64,000 bases of DNA from Camelus ferus (Eukaryota), in assembly GCF_009834535.1 (NCBI RefSeq), contig NC_045696.1, positions 38,008,001 through 38,072,000 of the forward strand. The letters run 5' to 3'. Each line of letters starts with the position of its first letter. Position 1 is the first letter of the stretch. This document shows, one piece after another, positions 37,700 to 51,300 of the stretch. Under the pieces are notes generated by a model that had not been told where the DNA came from, searched no databases, and saw only the letters and a list, made by a program, of their open reading frames with translations. A program made the translations under genes and the position numbers.

Positions 37700-39520
37700 T
37701 AACAAAAAATTACTTGGTGACATTTGATGGAGCAGTTAGCATATGGAATGCTGACATGCTCTAAACAGCAAACATGAGCTCCTGTGGCCTCCTATGTATG
37801 TGACTGGACTCTGCTCCTTTATTGGCATTAATAGAGTCAACTCCACAATTCTATGTGTGCTTAGGTGAAGAAGAAAATAGTCCTGACTCTGACTCCAATA
37901 TTCCCATAAGCAAGAGGAAAGGCAGAGACCCAGGACTCCACTCACTATGAGTAAGACTGACATTACCTGGCTTCATTTTCTCAGAAGCAAAAGTGAAGAG
38001 GGACATTAGAGGTCTGCCTTTACCCGGCAACCTCTTTCCTTCCCTCCTCCACAACAACCACTATTACAGCCTCATATTCACCACTCATTTTGTATTTATG
38101 GGAAGTTTTTCTCCTTATGCCTGTTAGTCATTAGCCCTGAAAGGACCTTGTCCATACAGCTCTGACTCTCCATGTTGCCTCTCCCAAACGTCTTCCTCTT
38201 GTCTCTCTTCCTGCTGTGACTCCACAATACTTCATCATTAGAATCACTCCATACTCAACTTCTTTGATATCTTCACTCTCCTTCTTCCTTTTAACAAGAA
38301 CTGGCTATCTTGTAAACCCTACGGATGTAAATTATCTTGAAATAATGGTCATCCTTGTACCATATTACTGTGTCCAAATCATTCTTTCTCCCTCTCCCCC
38401 AAAATTCCAATTTCAAATTATATGTCAAACTGCTTACCTCAGTCAAAATATATAGTGATATCAAATTTCTCCATACATGACTCTTCCAATACTCTGGCAG
38501 TCCTCCAAGAATATTTAATACTCATAAAAACTCTATGAGGTAAATATTATTAATACCCTATTACAGCAAGACTCCCTGAAAGCACTATATATTCCAAGTT
38601 TCCAATTACTCTCCTTTACTTCTCTGTTAAATCAATCCCAAGACTGATTTTCCTCTTCTCTACAACACAATGTTGACAAACATTTATCTACAACTAGAAC
38701 CTTCGCTCTTGAATTTAATGAATATTTAATGAACACCTGATTCTCTAGCATTCTTGTGGATATCTCAGATTCACCATAATTAAAATTCTTATTCCATCCT
38801 GCTTTTCATGTGACTGTCACATCTCAATAAAGGGCAAACTTATACTTTCAGTTGCTCAGGGCAAAAATTCAGATGCTATTTTTGACCCTTTTCTTTCTCT
38901 CATAGCCTTTACTCAAGCCATCGTCCTATCCTTTTCCTATCATCTTCCAAACACACACAGATTGTGACTGGTTCTCATCACCTCCAACACTACCACACTA
39001 TTCTATATAAGGTCACCAAAAAGTTATTGTCCCAAATGTTAGACTTTCAGGAATGAGACACTAGGACTAACTCACCAAAAAAAAAAAAAAAAAAAAAAAA
39101 AAAAACAGATATAAACTGATTCTTCTACCAAAGGAGGCCACAAATCAAGGGTTGTCACTCTATGTCAAAGCCACCATTAAATTTTATCCTATATAGTGGC
39201 AATAGTTCCTGATTTTTCTGTTGCCCCTACATTTTAGCAACCAGCACATAAAATGTCAGACAGGTCACATCTCTCCTCTGCTCAATACCATCCAATTGTT
39301 TCCCACCTCCATCAGAATTAAATTCAAAATTCTCATATTTTGAATGATGATCTAGGTACCACCACCCTTCTACTACCTCTTTGGCCACATTTTCTTTCCT
39401 TATTTTATACTGTTGTAGTCATATTTTCACCTAACAGATGATAGAACATGCTGGTCATTGTATGTGCTGTTCCCTCCACTTGAAATGCTTTCGCCGATAC
39501 TTTTATACATTCTCAGCACA
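37700..39520 (+). mobile_element. Long L2 remnant
   Basis: C/T-rich L2 motifs (cagttgctcagggcaaaa, ttctttctctcatagcc, aggtcacatctctcctctgctcaa). Confidence 0.7.
39008..39162 (+). mobile_element. MER94-like hAT-Blackjack MITE with internal poly(A)
   Basis: Termini taaggtcacca...gtcactcta; long A run 39077-39105. Confidence 0.5.
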
Positions 39521-39785
39521 AATGTTACCTCAACACACACTATTCACCTCACACCTGTCAGAATGGCTATCATCAAAAACACAACAAATAACAAGTGTTG
39601 GCAAGAATGTTGAGAAAACAAACTCTTGTGCACTGTTGGTGTGAATGTAAACTGGTACAGCATCTATGGAAAACAGTATAGAGTTTCCTCAAAATTTAAA
39701 AATAGAACTACCATATAATCAAGCAACTTCACTTCTGGGTATTTACCTAAAGAAACAAAAACACTAATTCAAAAAGATATATGCA

Positions 39786-39917
39786 TGGAGAAGGAAAGGT
39801 ATAGCTCAGTGGTAGAATGCATGCCTAACATGCATGAGACCCTGGGTTCAATCCCCAATGCCTCCATTAAAAAATAAATCAATAAACTGTATTACCCCCC
39901 TCAAAAAAAGAAATTAG
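39786..39917 (+). mobile_element. tRNA-derived SINE (camelid Vic-1-like) inserted into L1
   Basis: A box TAGCTCAGTGG 39802-39812, B box GGTTCAATCC 39845-39854, A-rich/attacccccc tail; diverged 16-bp TSD 39770-39785 vs 39918-39933 (12/16). Confidence 0.88.
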
Positions 39918-40012
39918 CAAAAAGTCATGTGTACCCCTATGTTCACTGCAGAATTATTTACAATAACCAAGATGTGGAAGCAAGCTAAATATCCACGATA
40001 AATGGATAAAGA

Positions 40013-40019
<7 letters not shown>

Positions 40020-40088
<69 letters not shown>
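40020..40088. repeat. Compound (AG)n(TG)n microsatellite
   Basis: Directly visible. Confidence 0.97.
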
Positions 40089-40091
<3 letters not shown>

Positions 40092-40609
40092 ACAATGGAG
40101 TACAACTTAGCCATTAAAAATACTGAAATCTTGCCATTTCAGGGCTGCACCTAGAGGGTATTATGCTAAGTAAAATGAGTCAGACAGAGAGACAAATACC
40201 ATATTATCTCACTTATATGTAGAATATAAAAAGCAAGACAAATGAACAAATAAAACAAAACAATAATACGTTTATAGATACAGAGAACAAACTGGGGTTG
40301 ACAGAGAGGTTGGGTTGGGTAGTTGGGCAAAACAGGTAAAGGGGATTAAGAGATAAAAACTTCTAATTATAAAATAAATAATTCACAGGGATATAATATA
40401 TGGCATAAAGAGAACAGTCAATAATACTGCAATAATTTTGTTGATAACAAATGGTTACTGGACTTGTCATGGTGATCATTTTATAATGTATTTGGTTACT
40501 GAATCAATATGGTGTACACCTGAGACTAGCATAATATTATATGTTAACTATACTTCAAAAAATTATTGGGCAGAAATATTTTTAATGGGAATATAAACAA
40601 CAACCCAAA

Positions 40610-40830
40610 ATTCACTACCTCTGATCTCTGATTTATGTTTTCCATAACACTTAACACCATCAGATATATTACATTATACTTAATTATTTATTGTCTGTAA
40701 CTCCCACTCTTATGTTAATTCAGTGAGAGTGGGCATTACTGTCTTTTATTTAAATAACATATTTCCAAAACCTTAAGAGTGTGTAGTGAATATTAGGGAC
40801 TCAATAAACATTTATTTGTTCAAATAATTT
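40610..40830 (+). mobile_element. L2 3' end
   Basis: tttattgtctgtaactccc...tagggactcaataaacattt. Confidence 0.75.
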
Positions 40831-41039
40831 AATAAATTAATTAATCTCAGAAATTTGATCCAAGAAAAATGGAAGTGGTTTCCACAAATGTTCCAATATC
40901 CAATGTGCTTGTTATTCATGAAGTCAGCTGTCTCCCTTATAAATGCCCAGGATCAGGTAGACAAATTCTTCTCAAGAAAGCATTTAGCCAGTAAAAATCA
41001 AAGTTGATGTTTTTCCTTTCATTTGTTAAAGTTTAAATC

Positions 41040-41780
41040 ATTACAATAGTCCACATAAATGTCTATCTAAAAGGATTACAAATTTATTATGTAGATACTC
41101 TGTTCTCAAGAAGGTAGAGCATAACTTCTCACTCCTTAAGTCAGCTGTGCATAGAAACGTTCTTCCGAAGAGCACAGTATGAAAAGGGAGGGGGGAGCAA
41201 CCTTACAGTGGAGAAACTTGACACACACTACCTCAGCCAGGTGATCAAGATTAACAGCAAAAATATTAGACAATGTAATAGAATGTAATGAAAGTGTCAT
41301 TTAATGTCTGTGGTCTTCCTTTCAAAAGCCCATTACACTAGTCTAATCATGAGGAAAACATTAGACAAATGCCAATGAGGAACATTCTACAAAATACCTG
41401 ACAGTACACCTCAAAATTTTCAAGGTCAACAAAAACCAGGAAGATTTGAGAAACTATCATAGTCAAGAAGTACCAGGGAAGCATGAAGACTAAATGGAAT
41501 GTGGGATCCTGAATGGAATCTGAGGACAGAAAAAAAAAATACTAGGTAAAACAAAGGAAACCTGAGAAAAGAATAAACTCTGGTCCATTATTCAATATTA
41601 TTAAATAATAATGTATCAATATAGTGCACTGATTGTGAGAAATGTACCAGATTAATGAATGATATTAATAATACAAGAAATTGAGTATGGGGTACATGGG
41701 AGTTCTCTGTACTCTTTTTGCAACTTTTCTATAAATCTAATTATTCTAAAATTAAAAGTGTATTAACATTTTATAATAAA
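41040..41780 (+). mobile_element. L1MC/L1MD-type 3' UTR
   Basis: cagtggagaaacttgacacacactacctcagccaggtgatcaag; gagttctctgtactctttttgcaacttttct. Confidence 0.88.
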
Positions 41781-41871
41781 TTTTAATTTTATTCTATAAC
41801 ATTGCTATTCTTTCAAAAAATTATCTACTCCAGACTTGAAACTGCATCCAAAATTCACATAACAATGATTT

Positions 41872-42070
41872 AGAGTAGTTCTTTCTGATAGAACCTTCTG
41901 AGATGTTAGAAATCTCCTAACTGTGTACTATCCAATATGGTAGCCAGTAGCCAGATGTGACTATTAAGCATTTGAAAGATGGCTAATATGAATGAAAAAT
42001 ATAATTTTTAATTGTTTCATTTTTATTACTATTAAAGTAAATATAACTATTACATTTTGAATGGTACAGA
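41872..42070 (+). mobile_element. MER3 hAT-Charlie MITE
   Basis: tccaatatggtagccagtagccagatgtgactattaagcatttgaaa. Confidence 0.8.
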
Positions 42071-44570
42071 TATAATCAATTATACATTGGCCACAGAGGT
42101 TTTATAGTATGATTTATTCTGGTGTGACTTTTTTTGTTGTTTTGATTCTTCTACAACTTACAGCAATAAGGGCTTATTTTCCTTAAAAAAATATTAAAAA
42201 AATCACAGGAGTACATTTACCTTAAAACATTAGCTCTTATGCAAAAAAAAAAAAAAAAAAAAAGCCTAACAGTAATTGATATCACTTACTTCTGAAATAT
42301 TGTAAAAATGATGATGAAAACTGTGAAAATGATTCTATATTCTACAGTGTTACATACTGAATCAATATAAAGTTGACAAGAGAAAAGAAAAATCAGATAA
42401 ATATCAAATTGTGCTTTCAGATATCAAGAGGAAAAGACAAGGATCAAACTTATTAAATATATGTAGGGAGGTCATTTAATATCTCCAGCTCTCAATAGGT
42501 GCATCCCAGAATTCAAAAAGATAGGAATAAGTAGAATGAATGCTTGCTGAAAAGAGTTTCAAATTATAACAAAGACATACCTAAAGTAAGAGAGCCCATA
42601 TCTTTATTAGAGGATAGAAAGAAGCAGAAACAAAATGAGACAAAATTCTAAAATATATAACCCTGGAATATATTCTAAAATAAATAAATACTACAAGAAC
42701 AAAATACTAGGATGACAAAATAAAATTACCTCACAACTAGAACACAGGCAGTGTTTCAAATAGCCATGATTTTTATGCAGAACTAATTTACTGTGATTTG
42801 TTAAAAATTTAGCAGCATTTCCCTAGATATAATAAATTTTATAAGAGTTATTCTTATTTTTATCTCCCTTCCAGTGCATACTTAAAATTTTTAGTAGCCC
42901 ATACTGGAAAACAGATAAAATCCAATAGTGCATTCTATGGTTGTATCTACATTGAGCAAAAGTTACTATTACAGTCAAACAAAAGTCAAGTCATCTCTTC
43001 TTTTTCTATGCAATTGGAATAAATGGGCCCTGAAGTGAATTTTATTAAAGATTAGTTTTCTAGTGATTTTTTTTTTTTATTGCAAGATGTCTTTAGTGTT
43101 TGCTCTTCTGACATCTCTCCCTGGCTCAAATTTGAAGAAAATCTAATATATTCTCAGTTGAGAATATCATAAGTTTCTAACCATCTCCAGTGGTTAAAAC
43201 ATATTATTCACTTAAGGTCAGTATTATGAACATAATTGAAAATATGAGACCCGGCAGCAATGATGTGAACCAACTATAAAAACACATCAAAAGTAAGAAT
43301 AGACAGATTCATCTCCTAGAAAAGTCAGTTTTTATTAAAGATCATCTGCAGAGATACTGGTATATTTTTCTTTCTTTAAGAAATCAGTATTTTTCATTAT
43401 TATTTTTTTTTCATTATTACTTGTATGCATTATTTGTGTATGTCTTACCACATAGAAGAAGCAATTGTTAGGTAGTTTTGCCTTGGAATAAAGCTAGTTT
43501 CAGTGAATTAATGTTTTTGTCATTAGTTTCAACCAAATGTTTAAATATTTAATATTTAAAATTAAATTTAAAATACTTATATAAGAATCACACTTACTAT
43601 GAAGTTACAATGAACCTCTTAGAAGTTGCCAGGTATTTTACAATAACTAAAGCATAAACACAATTTAAGTACACATTTTGCATGTTATTATTGGTAACTT
43701 TTCAATCAGAATCTAGTATAGGTCAATTTCAATAGCTCAATGTGCAATGATTAATCCAAAAAGGTTAAACTTTATGTACACAATACGTTTGCTCTTATGC
43801 AAATTATAGCATTCCAGGGTGACAGAGCAAAAATGAGGCTAAATACATAAATATAATTATGTTTTCTTCTCTACTAATTTGAATTGACATTTAATGTGAC
43901 TAATCATATGTCAATAATAGGAACATTAAAATTAACGGAAACAAGCAAATTATTGCATTCAAAAATAAAAATTAAATCTATTACATTTTTTATACCAATC
44001 TTGCTATCACTTATGAACTCAAAATAATGCTGTTCTGTGGCAGAGAAATTGACTCAAAATTGGTCAAATTATATTTATTTCATAGTTCATAGATTCCAAC
44101 TTTCATCCCTCCAAATTGGGATCACTTAAAGAAGTTTCCTAGAATTATCTCTACAGATTTCCCAGGACACTGAATTCTGGAGATAATGAAAGTATTTTAA
44201 AACAAGCATAGGTACTGACCAAACAAATTGAGACAAGCTGTAGAGATAGAACAAGGTCATAGAGGTGCCTGGCATTAATACCTTCATTGCTGGATAAGAA
44301 GATAGTTCCATGAGAGGGCCACGTGACTTCCAGTCAATACTGAAATGCCCCACTATTTTAACAGTCATTATGGCAAGTGTAAGCCTCCCAAACATAAGTT
44401 CGGTCTCCAACACAACTCTGACTTGAGGATGTGCCCACTCCAAAACCCGAGTCTATCAGATGTTGCCCTCACAGTGGTCTGCCACAGATGCAGAAGTGTT
44501 GACAACTGAAATCTTCTAGGTTGTGTGTCTCTCAGGCTCTATGTCAAGGTTCTATGGACATGGTAAAAGC

Positions 44571-44848
44571 TTTTTTTTTTTTTTTTTAACTGAAGTAGAG
44601 TCAGTTGCAATGTGTCAATTTCTGTTGTATAGAACAATGTCCCAGTCATATATATACATACATATATTCATCTTCACACTCCTCATTACCACCACAAGAT
44701 ATTAAATACAGTTCCTGTGCTATACAGAAGAAAATATTTTAATCTATTTTTATACATAGTGGCTAACATTTGCAAATTTATTGCTTCTCACTCCTTTTCA
44801 CCCAGTAACCATAAGATTGTTTAACTGTGTTTCTATTTTGTAGATGAA
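44571..44848 (-). mobile_element. Camelid-type L1 3' UTR, antisense
   Basis: poly(T) then tgaagtagagtcagttgcaatgtgtcaatttc...cctgtgctatacagaag. Confidence 0.88.
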
Positions 44849-45479
44849 GGGCTTTTTGAATTATTCTTTTAAAATTTCATTTAGGGCAGTGGCTTGTACT
44901 GCCTCCTTAAATTACTGTAATTTCTACAATGCTTTAAATACAAATGCTCCTAAGTTCAAATACTTCAATTAAGTATTGAGCTGAGTTTATCTGCTGTTGT
45001 AGCAATTTAACTGCCTCAGTGTTTCAGGTGCATCTATACCACAAGACTCTCTGGACTTTCAATGATTTATCTTGACTTTTACTTTTTTTCCCCCCTTAGG
45101 GCTTCTTTTCCACTCCTATTCCCTTCTAAGAGTTTGATGATATCCATCCTTTCTCCTGTCAGGAAATACTGTTAAAGTGGCAAGAGAATAAAAGCTTCCA
45201 AAGCTCTCAGTACTATATTATGTATCCTTGCCTTATGTAACTGGAAGTCAAAGCTGTATACCTCAAAGGTTTATCAGGATGAGAAATATGTTTCAAAGAC
45301 TAGAATTCAAATGTAATGTTTAGAGTAGTGGAAAGTTAGTTCACCTTTTAAAGCCAACAACCTGACTATTCCTGCTATGTCTCTGAATATCTCCAGGCAT
45401 TGGTCCAGCATCTTAGTACCAAAAGGAGACCCTCAGGTTGTTGGAGAACACAGGCCAAAGTGCAAACTCAGAAATCTTA

Positions 45480-45920
45480 GTCAATACTAGTTTCAAAGAG
45501 ATTAAAGAAAAAATAGAATACATAAAGTAATTGAGCAGTATTTCAGAAAGCAAAATATTTAAAATAAAATGTGTAACTTGCACATTTAAAAAGACAAAGT
45601 TAAAGAGAGAATTACAAAATAGTACTTAATCATGAGGAAAAAAATTTAAGATATGAAGAGATGAAAAACAGATGAGAAGAAACTCTGGAAGACAGACATC
45701 TGTATAACTAACAGAATTTTCAGAAGGAAATAATAGAAGAAAAGAAAAGAAATGATTGAAGAAATAATAACAGAATTTTCCAAAATTGAAAATATATGAT
45801 TCTTATATATAAAGCACTGATGTTCAAAATAGAATTGAAAGATTCCACTTTAGTCTAAAAGTTGTATATGGCTTTTTTAAAAAAAACAGATTTTTTAAAT
45901 AGAAAAAAATAAGAACGTTT
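45480..45920 (+). mobile_element. Old L1/HAL1 ORF1 remnant
   Basis: cagaaggaaataatagaag...gaagaaataataacagaattttccaaaattg. Confidence 0.6.
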
Positions 45921-46009
45921 TCAAACTCAGCCATTAGTGGTCAAATTATTCATAGTATTATTAAATACTACATAAAAACAATAATTAGATTCAGTTAGTC
46001 TTTCAGGGA

Positions 46010-46260
46010 GGCCACTATATAAATGGTTTAAGGTCTCTGTTTCTCTTGTGAGCAGAATAGATTCACATCCCTGCTCTAGCATTTACCAACTAAGTAGACA
46101 TGACAATATCATTTAAACTCTCACAGCTTCCATTGTATCAGCTGCAAAATGGGGATGCCCATAACATCTGCATAATAATGCTATTATGCAGATAAAGTTA
46201 TATGACATTACAAACAGTATCATGAGCAATAAAGGTTCATAAGGAGTATTAACAGCTCAT
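46010..46260 (+). mobile_element. MIR
   Basis: gattcacatccctgctctagc...cagctgcaaaatggggatg. Confidence 0.75.
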
Positions 46261-46382
46261 TTTAAAAGATATTGAATTCTATTTATGAAAAATAGTTTCT
46301 CCTTTACTAACTTCCAGTAAGTCATAAATTATATGTAGTGTATAATATTTATACTTTCTTAAAATTTTTGCTTTTTTATAAT

Positions 46383-46533
46383 TAGGGTAGCTACTTATCA
46401 TCTGTAATAAGTGTATAATTTATTCAAATTAGGACCGTCTGAGAGTAAAGGGAGGATTTATTAATGATTTTACCAGCACTATCATGGTATAATTCTGCAC
46501 TGTCTAAAGTAAAGCAAGCTGTATGATCACTCT
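46383..46533 (+). mobile_element. MER94 hAT-Blackjack MITE
   Basis: tagggt...tgagagtaaagggaggatttattaatgatt...gtatgatcactcta. Confidence 0.7.
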
Positions 46534-47959
46534 ATCTATAATAAAATTGATTTTCAACCATGAATTTTCACAATTAAATTAAATCATGCAATCACATAGA
46601 AATTGGTACCTCTGAAACAGATGAGCATGCCTCAATGATGCCATGTCTAAATCTGCCACTAAAGTGAATCCAGTGAAGAGATAACAACGTATATTCTTTT
46701 TTACATTCCAGTCCTGCTAAAATTATAGAATTCCTTAATTCAGTGAGAACACTTTTCACAAATTCATATTATATTCTTGATATCTTAAGAATCATTCTAT
46801 TATTTCTAACTCATTCCTTGTTTGGTGCTAATTTGGAAGCAATATCAGATGCAACATAGGGTGAATTTAAAACTTCCTGAAAAACAAAAGTTATCGTCTA
46901 ACTAAAATGGAACTACTTAAATCATTTTCAATAGATCTAATCATTGAGAATATGCTTTTTTTATGTTGTTCTAACTCTCCAAACTTGAAATGCTAAATAA
47001 AAGTGATCTTTCAAGTTGATGGATTTTTAAGGGAATTTTGGACAGTAAATTAACTTTTGTATAGATTCCAATTTTCCAGAATAGAGATACATTATTTATT
47101 TTTGCAAAAAAAATTCTAAGCAAAATAAAATTGAACAACATATCTTGCTCCTTAAACAATGCAAATGAAGATTTGTGAATCTTGGCAGGCACAAATCAAT
47201 GAAGACAATTTAACTGGATTAGCCATACCGAAATACAAGTTTGGTCCTAGGTAAAACTTGACTTTTATAATGATCAAGTTAATTAGACTAACACTGTTAC
47301 TTTTCCCTTTCTTTATAATTAGCAAAGCACAGTGTTAGTGGATGATTTTTTTAAATTATGCTAATATTCATAAGTGCTAAAATATAGAAAAGTTGAAACA
47401 GAAAATTTATTCAACAAGTACATATTTATAGTCTTCTAAAACTAAACTGCAATATGATGTATGCCTCTCTCCTATATTAAATGAGTGTATAACAAATATA
47501 TGTGAAGTGGGCATCTTTAGAGAAAAGGTTATCAACCTGAAAGTACCCAGAACTGCAAATAAAGTCTCTTTATGTCCATTTAATAATTAAGGAGCAGAAC
47601 TGAAGAGTATACAGAAGTCTCTTGCAGATTCTTCAAATAATTTTGGGCCATATATAATAGCCTGAGATGAAAATTAACCTCTAATTTGCAATACTTTTAT
47701 TGCTTTGTTTGTGACAGCCAGCTGACAGTCTTGCTTGCTCTTTGTAATGGAATGTTCTGTCTTGCCATTAAATGTTAGAGTCTGAGTAAAAGATTGATTA
47801 GATCAACCATAGCTAGGGTCCTGTTTGAAATCTTCATACCTAATGAGAGAATTTAAGAATTAAAGAGTTAGATAGAAGAAACAAAAGTTTCAGAAGGAAA
47901 ATCTTGATGTGGCAGGGACTGAGCACATGCTTATCAAATTCATTTTTGATTGTATTTGC

Positions 47960-48320
47960 CACCTTGTTCTGAAATTAAATGTCTTAAGTTTAAGTTGTAA
48001 TCAATGGAGTATGATGAGTAGAAGTGGTAAACACCACTTCCAAGTAAGGCCATGTAAACCTCTCATACACAATATCCCACCCTCTTTACATTTCCAAAAG
48101 GTTTATACAGTATAAGCAGTGATACTGGATCCAAGTGCTAAAAATGGTAAGATGAAAAGTGCCGAGTCCCTGTTTCATGACTTGGAGGAAAGTCACACCC
48201 CAAAGAAGAACTCTCAGTAATGGTTTTACAAGAATGACTAATTAAGTCCTATGAAACTTTAGCTATTGTGTTATGTTCAGGTTTGTTTACTACTGCAGCA
48301 ATGGTCACCTCCCTAGCACA
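47960..48320 (+). mobile_element. MaLR LTR (MLT1-type)
   Basis: agaagtggtaaacaccacttccaag, catgacttggaggaaagtcac, tttgtttactactgcagca. Confidence 0.6.
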
Positions 48321-51300
48321 AAAGTTGTTTGTGGAAGTGGATTGCTTCATTTGATTTTACTTAGCCCTCTTCTTTGAAAGTAGGCTATTGGATTTGACCA
48401 TCAGGTAATCACAGGTGAACTTCAAGAAAACAGTTTTAGTGAAAAAGCAAGGATGAGTCATAAAAGGGAGTCCAGGAATCAAAGATTGACTTTGGGTGGA
48501 GGGAGGCTTTTTTCAAAAATTTTCTATAGTCTAGAAATATAACAAAAAATTTAAGCAGACAGAAAGTCACAAATAATGAAAAATATAGCTTTATCTTCAT
48601 TTTTAGAGTGACAGTGGTTGGAAAGCATTCACAGACCATGGAAATACACAAATACAGAGTAGAAAGTAATAGCATATGATAAAGAAGGATAAAACTGGTG
48701 AAGTAATGTGCTGGACAATGCAAAATTGGTAGATTTGAGATAACAGGAGAAATGTTAGATGCAGAAAAAACAAAGAGTAAGGATGAGCAGAATACACACA
48801 TAAATACATACAAATATTTATACACATGTACTCACATACATGTGATTTACGAAGTGAAGATATAGCTGAGAGTTACATTCTTGGAGGTATATGAGGTTTG
48901 AGGAATAGCAATAGCAGCATAAAATGAGCAGAACAGAAAAAGCTCAACATATTTGATGGCCCAAACAAAACTGCAAGCATAACTTCGCAATGGATATTTT
49001 CAAGTAAAAGAAACATATACTTAATAACTTATCAAGGTTTTGTTTTTAAGAGAAATTTATACTCTAGGATATATTATTAGCCTCCTGTCAAATACTATAT
49101 AAACTGTATCATCAGAGGAGCAAAATAATCAAAAATGGCAGACTACGTTAGTATAGATTCTATATCAAATATATCTTACTGTATTCAAATTCTTTGAAAG
49201 TTCATAATGTATGTATGGATTATACTGTAATTCTCAGTTAACCAAACCAATTCCAATTTACCATTCCATGTGAGCAAAATTTTACTGTGTATTAAAATTC
49301 ATAACTAATCTGATTCAATGGTCTATGAAAATGTCAATTATTTTCAGAATTAAATTCAGGAATTTAGAATTGCCTCAAGGATTTTATAATTGCAGACATA
49401 TCTGGGAAATGTACTTGTAAATTCCTAGTTTAAAATTGTTCATGTTTTTAAGAGTCAGACTAATTCACCTAGAGAGTAAAAACGAATGGAGAGTTTTCAA
49501 GAATTAGATCAAAACTCTTAGTGCTTGCAATATACCCCAAAGGCAAATATTTTCATCATAATGCTCACAGACTCACAACAAATTGTTATTTCATGTCTAT
49601 CATTTCCTTTCTCACAGCGTTTTTATAAGATTTTTCTTATACATAAACTCTATTATCATGTCATTATTTTGAGAGCCATTTTATACATATGTATATATAT
49701 CACTGTATATGCCTTTAGTAAAATATTTTTAAATTATCCAATAAATCTTTTCTAGAATATTGTATTGACTTTCCAAACCTCTCAAAATAATCTAGATAAT
49801 TGCCTCATTACAGTGTACAATATATATATATATATGCAACAGCATACAGACTTTGTCAAATAGATTACTTTTTAATTATACATGTTCTTATTCTAGAACT
49901 AAGAAACTGCCATTCCTTTCCAGTTATCTTTGCCTAACTTTCAGGGAAATTGAAAATTTCCCCTTGGTTATCTCTAAGGCATAGAGAATACTATTATTCT
50001 AAAAATTCTATTATTCTAAAAAATGAAGTCATAAATATATTGAATTATAATCCCAGTTTCTTAAATATGGGTAAGATTTTTGGTATTGGGATTTTTCTCT
50101 GGCTGTGGCTACTTACTGGAAAATGTTTTAAAGGGTAACACATAGTAAGAGTGCATTTGAATCTGAAAAGTAGTACCTCAGAAATGGAATATGTCCCCCT
50201 AAAGAAATATGTTAGGAACATAATTCTTCCAAACTGTTCTCTTTGATTATATGGAGCATAGTTTTCTCCACCAAGATAATGCCTTTATTTAATCTAAAAA
50301 ATCAGAATGGTCCATCTTTTCCCTCAGATGAATGTCAAAGATGCTTGAAAAGAAAATGTTATCAGAAGGTGACTCAGGAAAATGCTTCAGCAATGGTCCT
50401 AAGCAAACATTCCAAGCAAAGTCCCATAACACTCTATTAATTGCAGTAAAAATAGTTGCCCTCTCTTTATTACAAATAGTGAAGAGACTATTGGGAGACA
50501 GCCAAAAGTTTGAACAGAAAAACCTTCTTTACTATTACAGCAGAGGACAGAAACTAGGAATTTTTAATAGTGTAACACAACTCTGCCTCAATATGGTTAC
50601 AACATTCTCCTCTTTAGCATAAACAAAGCTGGATGGGAAAACTTTCTTACAGAATCTTATATCACTGTGTGTACATTTTATATACATTTTTTAAATCATG
50701 TAAGTTTAACCTGGAAACTATATATTATCATACTATAGGCAAAATACTATATTATAAACAGTTATTAGGTACTAGAATTAGCATATATAAATTGTCTCTG
50801 ATTTTTGATAATAGTGTAACTTATCTTCAGTTTCCTTATTAGTAATTGAAATATTCACATAAAATACAATATAAATGAATGTTTAATTTGATAAAATATG
50901 GTAGCTGGAGATACTACAGCAGGGTTTACGTATTAGCCAGTTTACATATTCCAATTGTTTAATTTGACGGAAGTTAAATATGAAACATTTATAACAATAT
51001 GCAAATGTATTTATTTGAATTATCAGAACCCTTAAAATGGTAAGGACTTTCTCCTGTACTGTAACTTAATTTGCTGTAACAGTAATTTGTACTCTTATAG
51101 GGGCTAAACAGATGGCTAGAAAATGTATGTGTCTGTGTATGTTAAAACATTTTATTTTACTGAAGTCATTCTACTTATTTTTACTTAATGATTTAAAGGC
51201 AGAATTTTTAGTGCTTTTTAAGACTTCTAACACATTTCATATGCATGTTCTAAAACATCACATTTGGTAGACTCAGTAATTGAACTGATTGTTCCTTCTT

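Larger units (their letters stand above)
39530..40562 (+). mobile_element. L1 ORF2 3' end and 3' UTR (L1MA-like)
   Basis: cacctcacacctgtcagaatggc, aaatagaactaccatat, tgtacacctgagactagc...ttaactatacttcaaaa. Confidence 0.92.

Noticed and set aside
39786..39870. tRNA-like sequence with A and B boxes
   Set aside because: Has the SINE tail and TSD, a degenerate acceptor stem, and sits inside an L1; not a tRNA gene
43148..43167. 9-bp inverted repeat ATATTCTCA-GT-TGAGAATAT
   Set aside because: Expected by chance in 64 kb of AT-rich DNA
48436..48827. Longest ORF (129 aa, minus strand)
   Set aside because: F/L/I/C-rich translation of T-rich DNA with no recognisable domain or convincing splice context
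49991..50024. 17-bp tandem duplication ctattattctaaaaa
   Set aside because: Ordinary slippage in AT-rich DNA
50329..50375. Possible 41-nt exon (ECQRCLKRKCYQK) after ttttccctcag
   Set aside because: Mediocre donor GTGACT, isolated, no recognisable product
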